Below, one piece after another: positions 39,801-54,800 of a stretch of DNA of 64,000 nucleotides. The stretch is from Eledone cirrhosa (taxonomy: Eukaryota). The notes under the pieces were generated by a model that did no database searches, had not been told where the DNA came from, and saw only the letters and a program-made list of their open reading frames with translations. The stretch lies in contig OZ024749.1 in the NCBI GenBank assembly GCA_964016885.1, forward strand, positions 17,918,001 to 17,982,000, read 5' to 3'. Both the position numbers and the translations under genes were made by a program. The stretch's first letter is position 1; each line of letters begins with the position of its first letter.

Positions 39801-42800
39801 CAAAAATTGATTTTTTTTGAAATATTTACTTCTGATTTCGAAAACGTAAAATAATCTATTTTTCGAAAAACCTAAAATAATCTATTTTTTTGTACTTTTC
39901 GAAATATTTCAAAAATTGATTTTTTTTTAAATATTTACTTCTGATTCCAAAAATCTAAAATAATCTATTTTTCGAAAAACCTAAAATAATCTATTTTTCG
40001 AAAAACCTTAATTAATCTATTTTTTTATACTTTTCGAAATATTTCAAAAATTGATTTTTTTTGAAATATTTACTTCTGATTTCAAAAACCTAAAATAATC
40101 TATTTTTCGAAAAACCCAAAATAATCTATTTTTTTATACTTTTCGAAATATTTCAAAAATTGATTTTTTTTGAAATATTTACTTCTGATTTCAAAAACCT
40201 AAAATAATCTATTTTTTTATACTTTTCGAAATATTTCAAAAATTGATTTTTTTTTAAATATTTACTTCTGATTCCAAAAATCTAAAATAATCTATTTTTC
40301 GAAAAACCTAAAATAATCTATTTTTCGAAAAACCTAAAATAATATATTTTTTTATACTTTTCAAAATATTTCAAAAATTGATTTTTTTGAAATATTTACT
40401 TCTGATTTCAAAAACCTAAAATAATCTATTTTTCGAAAAACCTAAAATAATCTATTTTTTCATAATTTTCGAAATATTTCAAAAATTGATTTTTTTGAAA
40501 TATTTACTTCTGATTTCAAAAACCTAAAATAATCTATTTTTTTATACTTCTCGAAATATTTCAAAAATTGATTTTTTTGAAATATTTACTTCTGATTTCA
40601 AAAATCTAAAATAATCTATTTTTCGAAAAACCTAAAATAATCTATTTTTTTGTACTTTTCGAAATATTTCAAAAATTGATTTTTTTGAAATATTTACTTC
40701 TGATTTCAAAAACCTAAAATAATCTATTTTTCGAAAAACCTAAAATAATCTATTTTTTCATAATTTTCGAAATATTTCAAAAATTGATTTTTTTGAAATA
40801 TTTACTTCTGATTTCAAAAACCTAAAATAATCTATTTTTCGAAAAACCTAAAATAATCTATTTTTTTAATACTTTTCGAAATATTTCAAAAATTGATTTT
40901 TTTGAAATATTTACTTCTGATTTCAAAATCCTAAAATAATCTATTTTTTTATACTTTTCGAAATATTTTAAAAATTGATTTTTTTGAAATATTTACTTCT
41001 GATTTCAAAAATCTAAAATAATCAATTTTTCGAAAAACCTAAAATAATCTATTTTTTTATACTTTTCGAAATATTACAAAAATTGATTTTTTTGAAATAT
41101 TTACTTCTGATTTCAAAAACCTAAAATAATCTATTTTTCGAAAAACCTAAAATAATCTATTTTTTTGTACTTTTCGAAATATTTCAAAAATTGATTTTTT
41201 TGAAATATTTACTTCTGATTTCAAAAACCTAAAATAATCTATTTTTCGAAAAACCTAAAATAATCTATTTTTTCATAATTTTCGAAATATTTCAAAAATT
41301 GATTTTTTTGAAATATTTACTTCTGATTTCAAAAACCTAAAATAATCTATTTTTTTATACTTTTCGAAATATTTCAAAAATTGATTTTTTTGAAATATTT
41401 ACTTCTGATTTCAAAAACCTAAAATAATCTATTTTTCGAAAAACCTAAAATAATCTATTTTTTTATACTTTTCGAAATATTTCAAAAATTGATTTTTTTG
41501 AAATATTTACTTCTGATTTTAAAAACCTAAAATAATCTATTTTTTTATACTTTTCGAAATATTTCAAAAATTGATTTTTTTTCAAATAATTACTTCTGAT
41601 TCCAAAAATCTAAAATAATCTATTTTTCGAAAAACCTAAAATAATCTATTTTTTTATACTTTTCGAAATATTTCAAAAATTGATTTTTTTGAAATATTTA
41701 CTTCTGATTTCAAAAACCTAAAATAATCTATTTTTTTATACTTTTCAAAATATTTCAAAAATTGATTTTTTTTGAAATATTTACTTCTGATTTCAAAAAC
41801 CTAAAATAATCTATTTTTCGAAAAACCTAAAATAATCTATTTTATTATACTTTTCGAAATATTTCAAAAATTGATTTTTTTTGAAATATTTACTTCTGAT
41901 TTCAAAAATCGAAAATAATCTATTTTTCGAAAAACCTAAAATAATCTATTTTTTTATACTTTTCGAAATATTTCAAAAATTGATTTTTTTGAAATATTTA
42001 CTTCTGATTTCAAAAACCTCAAAATAATCTATTTTTTTATACTTTTCGAAATATTTCAAAAATTGATTTTTTTTGAAATATTTACTTCTGATTTCAAAAA
42101 CCTAAAATAATCTATTTTTCGAAAAACCTAAAATAATCTAGTTTTTTGTACTTTTCGAAATATTTCAAAAATTGATTTTTTTTGAAATATTTACTTCTGA
42201 TTTCAAAAACCTAAAATAATCTATTTTTTTATACTTTTCGAAATATTTCAAAAATTGATTTTTTTTTAAATATTTACTTCTGATTCCAAAAATCTAAAAT
42301 AATCTATTTTTCGAAAAACCTAAAATAATCTATTTTTCGAAAAACCTTAATTAATCTATTTTTTTATACTTTTCGAAATATTTCAAAAATTGATTTTTTT
42401 TGAAATATTTACTTCTGATTTCAAAAACCTAAAATAATCTATTTTTCGAAAAACCCAAAATAATCTATTTTTTTATACTTTTCGAAATATTTCAAAAATT
42501 GATTTTTTTTGAAATATTTACTTCTGATTTCAAAAACCTAAAATAATCTATTTTTTTATACTTTTCGAAATATTTCAAAAATTGATTTTTTTTTAAATAT
42601 TTACTTCTGATTCCAAAAATCTAAAATAATCTATTTTTCGAAAAACCTAAAATAATCTATTTTTCGAAAAACCTAAAATAATATATTTTTTTATACTTTT
42701 CAAAATATTTCAAAAATTGATTTTTTTGAAATATTTACTTCTGATTTCAAAAACCTAAAATAATCTATTTTTCGAAAAACCTAAAATAATATATTTTTCG

Positions 42801-45800
42801 AAAAACCTAAAATAATCTATTTTTTAATACTTTTCGAAATATTTCAAAAATTGATTTTTTTGAAATATTTACTTCTGATTTCGAAAACGTAAAATAATCT
42901 ATTTTTCGAAAAACCTAAAATAATCTATTTTTTTATACTTTTCGAAATATTTCAAAAATTGATTTTTTTGAAATATTTACTTCTGATTTCAAAAACCTAA
43001 AATAATCTATTTTTTTATACTTTTCGAAATATTTCTAAAATTGATTTTTTTGAAATATTTACTTCTGATTTCAAAAACCTAAAATAATCTATTTTTCGAA
43101 AAACCTAAAATAATATATTTTTTTATACTTTTCAAAATATTTCAAAAATTGATTTTTTTGAAATATTTACTTCTGATTTTAAAAACCTAAAATAATCTAT
43201 TTTTTTATACTTTTCGAAATATTTCAAAAATTGATTTTTTTTCAAATATTTACTTCTGATTCCAAAAATCTAAAATAATCTATTTTTCGAAAAACCTAAA
43301 ATAATCTATTTTTCGAAAAACCTAAAATAATCTATTTTTTTTATACTTTTCGAAATATTTCAAAAATTGATTTTTTTTGAAATATTTACTTCTGATTTCG
43401 AAAACGTAAAATAATCTATTTTTCGAAAAACCTAAAATAATCTATTTTTTTATACTTTTCGAAATATTTCAAAAATTGATTTTTTTGAAATATTTACTTC
43501 TGATTTCAAAAACCTAAAATAATCTATTTTTTTATACTTTTCGAAATATTTCAAAAATTGATTTTTTTTTTAAATATTTACTTCTGATTCCAAAAATCTA
43601 AAATAATCTATTTTTCGAAAAACCTAAAATAATCTATTTTTTTGTACTTTTCGAAATATTTCAAAAATTGATTTTTTTTGAAATATTTACTTCTGATTTC
43701 AAAAACCTAAAATAATCTATTTTTCGAAAAACCTAAAATAATCTATTTTTTTGTACTTTTCGAAATATTTCAAAAATTGATTTTTTTTGAAATATTTACT
43801 TCTGATTTCAAAAACCTCAAAATAATCTATTTTTTTATACTTTTCGAAATATTTCAAAAATTGATTTTTTTTTAAATATTTACTTCTGATTCCAAAAATC
43901 TATTTTTCGAAAAACCTAAAATAATCTATTTTTTCGACATATTTCAAAAATTGATTTTTTTGAAATATTTACTTCTAATTTCAAAAACCTAAAATAATGT
44001 ATTTTTTTTATACTTTTCGAAATATTTCAAAAATTGATTTTTTTGAAATATTTACTTCTGTTTAAAAATTGATTTTTTTGAAATATTTACTTCTGATTTC
44101 AAAAACCTAAAATAATCTATTTTTTTATACTTTTCGAAATATTTCAAAAATTGATTTTTTTTGAAATATTTACTTCTAATTTCAAAAACCTAAAATAATC
44201 TATTTTTCGAAAAACCTAAAATAATCTATTTTTCGAAAAACCTAAAATAATATATTTTTTTATACTTTTCAAAATATTTCAAAAATTGATTTTTTTGAAA
44301 TATTTACTTCTGATTTCAAAAACCTAAAATAATCTATTTTTCGAAAAACCTAAAATAATATATTTTTCGAAAAACCTAAAATAATCTATTTTTTAATACT
44401 TTTCGAAATATTTCAAAAATTGATTTTTTTGAAATATTTACTTCTGATTTCGAAAACGTAAAATAATCTATTTTTCGAAAAACCTAAAATAATCTATTTT
44501 TTTATACTTTTCGAAATATTTCAAAAATTGATTTTTTTGAAATATTTACTTCTGATTTCAAAAACCTAAATTAATCTATTTTTCGAAAAACCTAAAATAA
44601 TCTATTTTTTTATACTTTTCGAAATATTTCAAAAATTGATTTTTTGAAATATTTACTTCTGATTTGAAAAACCTAAAATATTCTTATTTTTTTATACTTT
44701 TCGAAATATTTCAAAAATTGATTTTTTTGAAATATTTACTTCTGATTTCGAAAACGTAAAATAATCTATTTTTCGAAAAACCTAAAATAATCTATTTTTT
44801 TATACTTTTCGAAATATTTCAAAAATTGATTTTTTTGAAATATTTACTTCTGATTTCAAAAACCTAAATTAATCTATTTTTCGAAAAACCTAAAATAATC
44901 TATTTTTTTATACTTTTCGAAATATTTCAAAAATTGATTTTTTTGAAATATTTACTTCTAATTTCAAAAACCTAAAATAATCTATTTTTCGAAAAACCTA
45001 AAATAATCTATTTTTCGAAAAACCTTAATTAATCTATTTTTTTATACTTTTCGAAATATTTCAAAAATTGATTTTTTTGAAATATTTACTTCTGATTTTA
45101 AAAACCTAAAATAATCTATTTTTTTATACTTTTCGAAATATTTCAAAAATTGATTTTTTTTCAAATATTTACTTCTGATTCCAAAAATCTAAAATAATCT
45201 ATTTTTCGAAAAACCTAAAATAATCTATTTTTCGAAAAACCTAAAATAATCTATTTTTTTTATACTTTTCGAAATATTTCAAAAATTGATTTTTTTTGAA
45301 ATATTTACTTCTGATTTCGAAAACGTAAAATAATCTATTTTTCGAAAAACCTAAAATAATCTATTTTTTTGTACTTTTCGAAATATTTCAAAAATTGATT
45401 TTTTTTGAAATATTTACTTCTGATTTCAAAAACCTAAAATAATCTATTTTTCGAAAAACCTAAAATAATCTATTTTTCGAAAAACCTAAAATAATCTATT
45501 TTTTTGTACTTTTCGAAATATTTCAAAAATTGATTTTTTTTGAAATATTTACTTCTGATTTCAAAAACCTAAAATAATCTATTTTTCGAAAAACCTAAAA
45601 TAATCTATTTTTCGAAAAACCTTAATTAATCTATTTTTTTATACTTTTCGAAATATTTCAAAAATTGATTTTTTTGAAATATTTACTTCTGATTTCAAAA
45701 ACCTAAATTAATCTATTTTTCGAAAAACCTAAAATAATCTAATTTTTTGTACTTTTCGAAATATTTCAAAAATTGATTTTTTTTGAAATATTTACTTCTG

Positions 45801-48800
45801 ATTTCAAAAACCTAAAATAATCTATTTTTCGAAAAACCTAAAATAATCTATTTTTCGAAAAACCTTAATTAATATATTTTTTTATACTTTTCGAAATATT
45901 TCAAAAATTGATTTTTTTGAAATATTTACTTCTGATTTCAAAAACCTAAAATAATCTATTTTTTTTATACTTTTCGAAATATTTCAAAAATTGATTTTTT
46001 TGAAATATTTACTTCTGATTTCAAAAACCTGAAATAATCTATTTTTCGAAAAACCTAAAATAATCTATTTTTTTATACTTTTCGAAATATTTCAAAAATT
46101 GATTTTTTTGAAATATTTACTTCTGATTTCAAAAACCTAAAATAATCTATTTTTTTATACTTTTCGAAATATTTCAAAAATTGATTTTTTTTTAAATATT
46201 TACTTCTGATTCCAAAAATCTAAAATAATCTATTTTTCGAAAAACCTAAAATAATCTATTTTTCGAAAAACCTTAATTAATCTATTTTTTTATACTTTTC
46301 GAAATATTTCAAAAATTGATTTTTTTTGAAATATTTACTTCTGATTTCAAAAACCTAAAATAATCTATTTTTTTATACTTTTCAAAATATTTCAAAAATT
46401 GATTTTTTTTGAAATATTTACTTCTGATTTCAAAAACCTAAAATAATCTATTTTTCGAAAAACCTAAAATAATATATTTTTCGAAAAACCTAAAATAATC
46501 TATTTTTTAATACTTTTCGAAATATTTCAAAAATTGATTTTTTTGAAATATTTACTTCTGATTTCGAAAACGTAAAATAATCTATTTTTCGAAAAACCTA
46601 AAATAATCTATTTTTTTATACTTTTCGAAATATTTCAAAAATTGATTTTTTTGAAATATTTACTTCTGATTTCAAAAACCTAAAATAATCTATTTTTTTA
46701 TACTTTTCAAAATATTTCAAAAATTGATTTTTTTTGAAATATTTACTTCTGATTTCAAAAACCTAAAATAATCTATTTTTCGAAAAACCTAAAATAATCT
46801 ATTTTTCGAAAAACCTTAATTAATATATTTTTTTATACTTTTCGAAATATTTCAAAAATTGATTTTTTTGAAATATTTACTTCTGATTTCAAAAACCTAA
46901 AATAATCTATTTTTTTTATACTTTTCGAAATATTTCAAAAATTGATTTTTTTGAAATATTTACTTCTGATTTCAAAAACCTGAAATAATCTATTTTTCGA
47001 AAAACCTAAAATAATCTATTTTTTTATACTTTTCGAAATATTTCAAAAATTGATTTTTTTGAAATATTTACTTCTGATTTCAAAAACCTAAAATAATCTA
47101 TTTTTTTATACTTTTCGAAATATTTCAAAAATTGATTTTTTTTTAAATATTTACTTCTGATTCCAAAAATCTAAAATAATCTATTTTTCGAAAAACCTAA
47201 AATAATCTATTTTTCGAAAAACCTTAATTAATCTATTTTTTTATACTTTTCGAAATATTTCAAAAATTGATTTTTTTTGAAATATTTACTTCTGATTTCA
47301 AAAACCTAAAATAATCTATTTTTCGAAAAACCCAAAATAATCTATTTTTTTATACTTTTCGAAATATTTCAAAAATTGATTTTTTTTGAAATATTTACTT
47401 CTGATTTCAAAAACCTAAAATAATCTATTTTTTTATACTTTTCGAAATATTTCAAAAATTGATTTTTTTTTAAATATTTACTTCTGATTCCAAAAATCTA
47501 AAATAATCTATTTTTCGAAAAACCTAAAATAATCTATTTTTCGAAAAACCTAAAATAATATATTTTTTTATACTTTTCAAAATATTTCAAAAATTGATTT
47601 TTTTGAAATATTTACTTCTGATTTCAAAAACCTAAAATAATCTATTTTTCGAAAAACCTAAAATAATATATTTTTCGAAAAACCTAAAATAATCTATTTT
47701 TTAATACTTTTCGAAATATTTCAAAAATTGATTTTTTTGAAATATTTACTTCTGATTTCGAAAACGTAAAATAATCTATTTTTCGAAAAACCTAAAATAA
47801 TCTATTTTTTTATACTTTTCGAAATATTTCAAAAATTGATTTTTTTGAAATATTTACTTCTGATTTCAAAAACCTAAAATAATCTATTTTATTATACTTT
47901 TCGAAATATTTCAAAAATTGATTTTTTTGAAATATTTACTTCTGATTTCAAAAACCTCAAAATAATCTATTTTTTTATACTTTTCGAAATATTTCAAAAA
48001 TTGATTTTTTTGAAATATTTACTTCTGATTTCAAAAACCTAAAATAATCTATTTTTCGAAAAACCTAAAATAATCTAGTTTTTTGTACTTTTCGAAATAT
48101 TTCAAAAATTGATTTTTTTTGAAATATTTACTTCTGATTTCAAAAACCTAAAATAATCTATTTTTTTATACTTTTCGAAATATTTCAAAAATTGATTTTT
48201 TTTTAAATATTTACTTCTGATTCCAAAAATCTAAAATAATCTATTTTTCGAAAAACCTAAAATAATCTATTTTTCGAAAAACCTTAATTAATCTATTTTT
48301 TTATACTTTTCGAAATATTTCAAAAATTGATTTTTTTTGAAATATTTACTTCTGATTTCAAAAACCTAAAATAATCTATTTTTTTATACTTTTCGAAATA
48401 TTTCAAAAATTGATTTTTTTTTAAATATTTACTTCTGATTCCAAAAATCTAAAATAATCTATTTTTCGAAAAACCTAAAATAATCTATTTTTCGAAAAAC
48501 CTAAAATAATATATTTTTTTATACTTTTCAAAATATTTCAAAAATTGATTTTTTTGAAATATTTACTTCTGATTTCAAAAACCTAAAATAATCTATTTTT
48601 CGAAAAACCTAAAATAATATATTTTTCGAAAAACCTAAAATAATCTATTTTTTAATACTTTTCGAAATATTTCAAAAATTGATTTTTTTGAAATATTTAC
48701 TTCTGATTTCAAAAACCTAAAATAATCTATTTTTTTATACTTTTCGAAATATTTCTAAAATTGATTTTTTTGAAATATTTACTTCTGATTTCAAAAACCT

Positions 48801-51800
48801 AAAATAATCTATTTTTCGAAAAACCTAAAATAATATATTTTTTTATACTTTTCAAAATATTTCAAAAATTGATTTTTTTGAAATATTTACTTCTGATTTT
48901 AAAAACCTAAAATAATCTATTTTTTTATACTTTTCGAAATATTTCAAAAATTGATTTTTTTTCAAATATTTACTTCTGATTCCAAAAATCTAAAATAATC
49001 TATTTTTCGAAAAACCTAAAATAATCTATTTTTTTTATACTTTTCGAAATATTTCAAAAATTGATTTTTTTTGAAATATTTACTTCTGATTTCGAAAACG
49101 TAAAATAATCTATTTTTCGAAAAACCTAAAATAATCTATTTTTTTGTACTTTTCGAAATATTTCAAAAATTGATTTTTTTTGAAATATTTACTTCTGATT
49201 TCAAAAACCTAAAATAATCTATTTTTCGAAAAACCTAAAATAATCTATTTTTCGAAAAACCTAAAATAATCTATTTTTTTGTACTTTTCGAAATATTTCA
49301 AAAATTGATTTTTTTTGAAATATTTACTTCTGATTTCAAAAACCTAAAATAATCTATTTTTCGAAAAACCTAAAATAATCTATTTTTCGAAAAACCTTAA
49401 TTAATCTATTTTTTTATACTTTTCGAAATATTTCAAAAATTGATTTTTTTGAAATATTTACTTCTGATTTCAAAAACCTAAATTAATCTATTTTTCGAAA
49501 AACCTAAAATAATCTAATTTTTTGTACTTTTCGAAATATTTCAAAAATTGATTTTTTTGAAATATTTACTTCTGATTTCAAAAACCTAAATTAATCTATT
49601 TTTCGAAAAACCTAAAATAATCTAATTTTTTGTACTTTTCGAAATATTTCAAAAATTGATTTTTTTTGAAATATTTACTTCTGATTTCGAAAACGTAAAA
49701 TAATCTATTTTTCGAAAAACCTAAAATAATCTATTTTTTTGTACTTTTCGAAATATTTCAAAAATTGATTTTTTTTGAAATATTTACTTCTGATTTCAAA
49801 AACCTAAAATAATCTATTTTTCGAAAAACCTAAAATAATCTATTTTTCGAAAAACCTTAATTAATCTATTTTTTTATACTTTTCGAAATATTTCAAAAAT
49901 TGATTTTTTTTGAAATATTTACTTCTGATTTCGAAAACGTAAAATAATCTATTTTTCGAAAAACCTAAAATAATCTATTTTTTTGTACTTTTCGAAATAT
50001 TTCAAAAATTGATTTTTTTTTAAATATTTACTTCTGATTCCAAAAATCTAAAATAATCTATTTTTCGAAAAACCTAAAATAATCTATTTTTCGAAAAACC
50101 TTAATTAATCTATTTTTTTATACTTTTCGAAATATTTCAAAAATTGATTTTTTTTGAAATATTTACTTCTGATTTCAAAAACCTAAAATAATCTATTTTT
50201 CGAAAAACCCAAAATAATCTATTTTTTTATACTTTTCGAAATATTTCAAAAATTGATTTTTTTTGAAATATTTACTTCTGATTTCAAAAACCTAAAATAA
50301 TCTATTTTTTTATACTTTTCGAAATATTTCAAAAATTGATTTTTTTTTAAATATTTACTTCTGATTCCAAAAATCTAAAATAATCTATTTTTCGAAAAAC
50401 CTAAAATAATCTATTTTTCGAAAAACCTAAAATAATATATTTTTTTATACTTTTCAAAATATTTCAAAAATTGATTTTTTTGAAATATTTACTTCTGATT
50501 TCAAAAACCTAAAATAATCTATTTTTCGAAAAACCTAAAATAATATATTTTTCGAAAAACCTAAAATAATCTATTTTTTAATACTTTTCGAAATATTTCA
50601 AAAATTGATTTTTTTGAAATATTTACTTCTGATTTCAAAAACCTAAAATAATCTATTTTTTTATACTTTTCGAAATATTTCTAAAATTGATTTTTTTGAA
50701 ATATTTACTTCTGATTTCAAAAACCTAAAATAATCTATTTTTCGAAAAACCTAAAATAATATATTTTTTTATACTTTTCAAAATATTTCAAAAATTGATT
50801 TTTTTGAAATATTTACTTCTGATTTTAAAAACCTAAAATAATCTATTTTTTTATACTTTTCGAAATATTTCAAAAATTGATTTTTTTTCAAATATTTACT
50901 TCTGATTCCAAAAATCTAAAATAATCTATTTTTCGAAAAACCTAAAATAATCTATTTTTTTTATACTTTTCGAAATATTTCAAAAATTGATTTTTTTTGA
51001 AATATTTACTTCTGATTTCGAAAACGTAAAATAATCTATTTTTCGAAAAACCTAAAATAATCTATTTTTTTGTACTTTTCGAAATATTTCAAAAATTGAT
51101 TTTTTTTGAAATATTTACTTCTGATTTCAAAAACCTAAAATAATCTATTTTTCGAAAAACCTAAAATAATCTATTTTTCGAAAAACCTAAAATAATCTAT
51201 TTTTTTATACTTTTCGAAATATTTCAAAAATTGATTTTTTTGAAATATTTACTTCTGATTTCAAAAACCTAAATTAATCTATTTTTCGAAAAACCTAAAA
51301 TAATCTATTTTTTTATACTTTTCGAAATATTTCAAAAATTGATTTTTTTTTAAATATTTACTTCTGATTCCAAAAATCTAAAATAATCTATTTTTCGAAA
51401 AACCTAAAATAATCTATTTTTCGAAAAACCTAAAATAATATATTTTTTTATACTTTTCAAAATATTTCAAAAATTGATTTTTTTGAAATATTTACTTCTG
51501 ATTTCAAAAACCTAAAATAATCTATTTTTCGAAAAACCTAAAATAATATATTTTTCGAAAAACCTAAAATAATCTATTTTTTAATACTTTTCGAAATATT
51601 TCAAAAATTGATTTTTTTGAAATATTTACTTCTGATTTCAAAAACCTAAAATAATCTATTTTTTTATACTTTTCGAAATATTTCTAAAATTGATTTTTTT
51701 GAAATATTTACTTCTGATTTCAAAAACCTAAAATAATCTATTTTTCGAAAAACCTAAAATAATATATTTTTTTATACTTTTCAAAATATTTCAAAAATTG

Positions 51801-54800
51801 ATTTTTTTGAAATATTTACTTCTGATTTTAAAAACCTAAAATAATCTATTTTTTTATACTTTTCGAAATATTTCAAAAATTGATTTTTTTTCAAATATTT
51901 ACTTCTGATTCCAAAAATCTAAAATAATCTATTTTTCGAAAAACCTAAAATAATCTATTTTTTTTATACTTTTCGAAATATTTCAAAAATTGATTTTTTT
52001 TGAAATATTTACTTCTGATTTCGAAAACGTAAAATAATCTATTTTTCGAAAAACCTAAAATAATCTATTTTTTTGTACTTTTCGAAATATTTCAAAAATT
52101 GATTTTTTTTGAAATATTTACTTCTGATTTCAAAAACCTAAAATAATCTATTTTTCGAAAAACCTAAAATAATCTATTTTTCGAAAAACCTAAAATAATC
52201 TATTTTTTTGTACTTTTCGAAATATTTCAAAAATTGATTTTTTTTGAAATATTTACTTCTGATTTCAAAAACCTAAAATAATCTATTTTTCGAAAAACCT
52301 AAAATAATCTATTTTTCGAAAAACCTTAATTAATCTATTTTTTTATACTTTTCGAAATATTTCAAAAATTGATTTTTTTGAAATATTTACTTCTGATTTC
52401 AAAAACCTAAATTAATCTATTTTTCGAAAAACCTAAAATAATCTAATTTTTTGTACTTTTCGAAATATTTCAAAAATTGATTTTTTTGAAATATTTACTT
52501 CTGATTTCAAAAACCTAAATTAATCTATTTTTCGAAAAACCTAAAATAATCTAATTTTTTGTACTTTTCGAAATATTTCAAAAATTGATTTTTTTTGAAA
52601 TATTTACTTCTGATTTCGAAAACGTAAAATAATCTATTTTTCGAAAAACCTAAAATAATCTATTTTTTTGTACTTTTCGAAATATTTCAAAAATTGATTT
52701 TTTTTGAAATATTTACTTCTGATTTCAAAAACCTAAAATAATCTATTTTTCGAAAAACCTAAAATAATCTATTTTTCGAAAAACCTTAATTAATCTATTT
52801 TTTTATACTTTTCGAAATATTTCAAAAATTGATTTTTTTGAAATATTTACTTCTGATTTCAAAAACCTAAATTAATCTATTTTTCGAAAAACCTAAAATA
52901 ATCTAATTTTTTGTACTTTTCGAAATATTTCAAAAATTGATTTTTTTGAAATATTTACTTCTGATTTCAAAAACCTAAATTAATCTATTTTTCGAAAAAC
53001 CTAAAATAATCTAATTTTTTGTACTTTTCGAAATATTTCAAAAATTGATTTTTTTTGAAATATTTACTTCTGATTTCGAAAACGTAAAATAATCTATTTT
53101 TCGAAAAACCTAAAATAATCTATTTTTTTGTACTTTTCGAAATATTTCAAAAATTGATTTTTTTTGAAATATTTACTTCTGATTTCAAAAACCTAAAATA
53201 ATCTATTTTTCGAAAAACCTAAAATAATCTATTTTTCGAAAAACCTTAATTAATCTATTTTTTTATACTTTTCGAAATATTTCAAAAATTGATTTTTTTT
53301 GAAATATTTACTTCTGATTTCGAAAACGTAAAATAATCTATTTTTCGAAAAACCTAAAATAATCTATTTTTTTGTACTTTTCGAAATATTTCAAAAATTG
53401 ATTTTTTTTGAAATATTTACTTCTGATTTCAAAAACCTAAAATAATCTATTTTTCGAAAAACCTAAAATAATCTATTTTTCGAAAAACCTAAAATAATCT
53501 ATTTTTTTGTACTTTTCGAAATATTTCAAAAATTGATTTTTTTTGAAATATTTACTTCTGATTTCAAAAACCTAAAATAATCTATTTTTCGAAAAACCTA
53601 AAATAATCTATTTTTCGAAAAACCTTAATTAATCTATTTTTTTATACTTTTCGAAATATTTCAAAAATTGATTTTTTTGAAATATTTACTTCTGATTTCA
53701 AAAACCTAAATTAATCTATTTTTCGAAAAACCTAAAATAATCTAATTTTTTGTACTTTTCGAAATATTTCAAAAATTGATTTTTTTGAAATATTTACTTC
53801 TGATTTCAAAAACCTAAATTAATCTATTTTTCGAAAAACCTAAAATAATCTAATTTTTTGTACTTTTCGAAATATTTCAAAAATTGATTTTTTTTGAAAT
53901 ATTTACTTCTGATTTCGAAAACGTAAAATAATCTATTTTTCGAAAAACCTAAAATAATCTATTTTTTTGTACTTTTCGAAATATTTCAAAAATTGATTTT
54001 TTTTGAAATATTTACTTCTGATTTCAAAAACCTAAAATAATCTATTTTTCGAAAAACCTAAAATAATCTATTTTTCGAAAAACCTTAATTAATCTATTTT
54101 TTTATACTTTTCGAAATATTTCAAAAATTGATTTTTTTGAAATATTTACTTCTGATTTCAAAAACCTAAATTAATCTATTTTTCGAAAAACCTAAAATAA
54201 TCTAATTTTTTGTACTTTTCGAAATATTTCAAAAATTGATTTTTTTTGAAATATTTACTTCTGATTTCAAAAACCTAAAATAATCTATTTTTTTATACTT
54301 TTCGAAATATTTCAAAAATTGATTTTTTTTTAAATATTTACTTCTGATTCCAAAAATCTAAAATAATCTATTTTTCGAAAAACCTAAAATAATCTATTTT
54401 TCGAAAAACCTTAATTAATCTATTTTTTTATACTTTTCGAAATATTTCAAAAATTGATTTTTTTTGAAATATTTACTTCTGATTTCAAAAACCTAAAATA
54501 ATCTATTTTTCGAAAAACCCAAAATAATCTATTTTTTTATACTTTTCGAAATATTTCAAAAATTGATTTTTTTTGAAATATTTACTTCTGATTTCAAAAA
54601 CCTAAAATAATCTATTTTTTTATACTTTTCGAAATATTTCAAAAATTGATTTTTTTTCAAATATTTACTTCTGATTCCAAAAATCTAAAATAATCTATTT
54701 TTCGAAAAACCTAAAATAATCTATTTTTCGAAAAACCTAAAATAATCTATTTTTTTTATACTTTTCGAAATATTTCAAAAATTGATTTTTTTTGAAATAT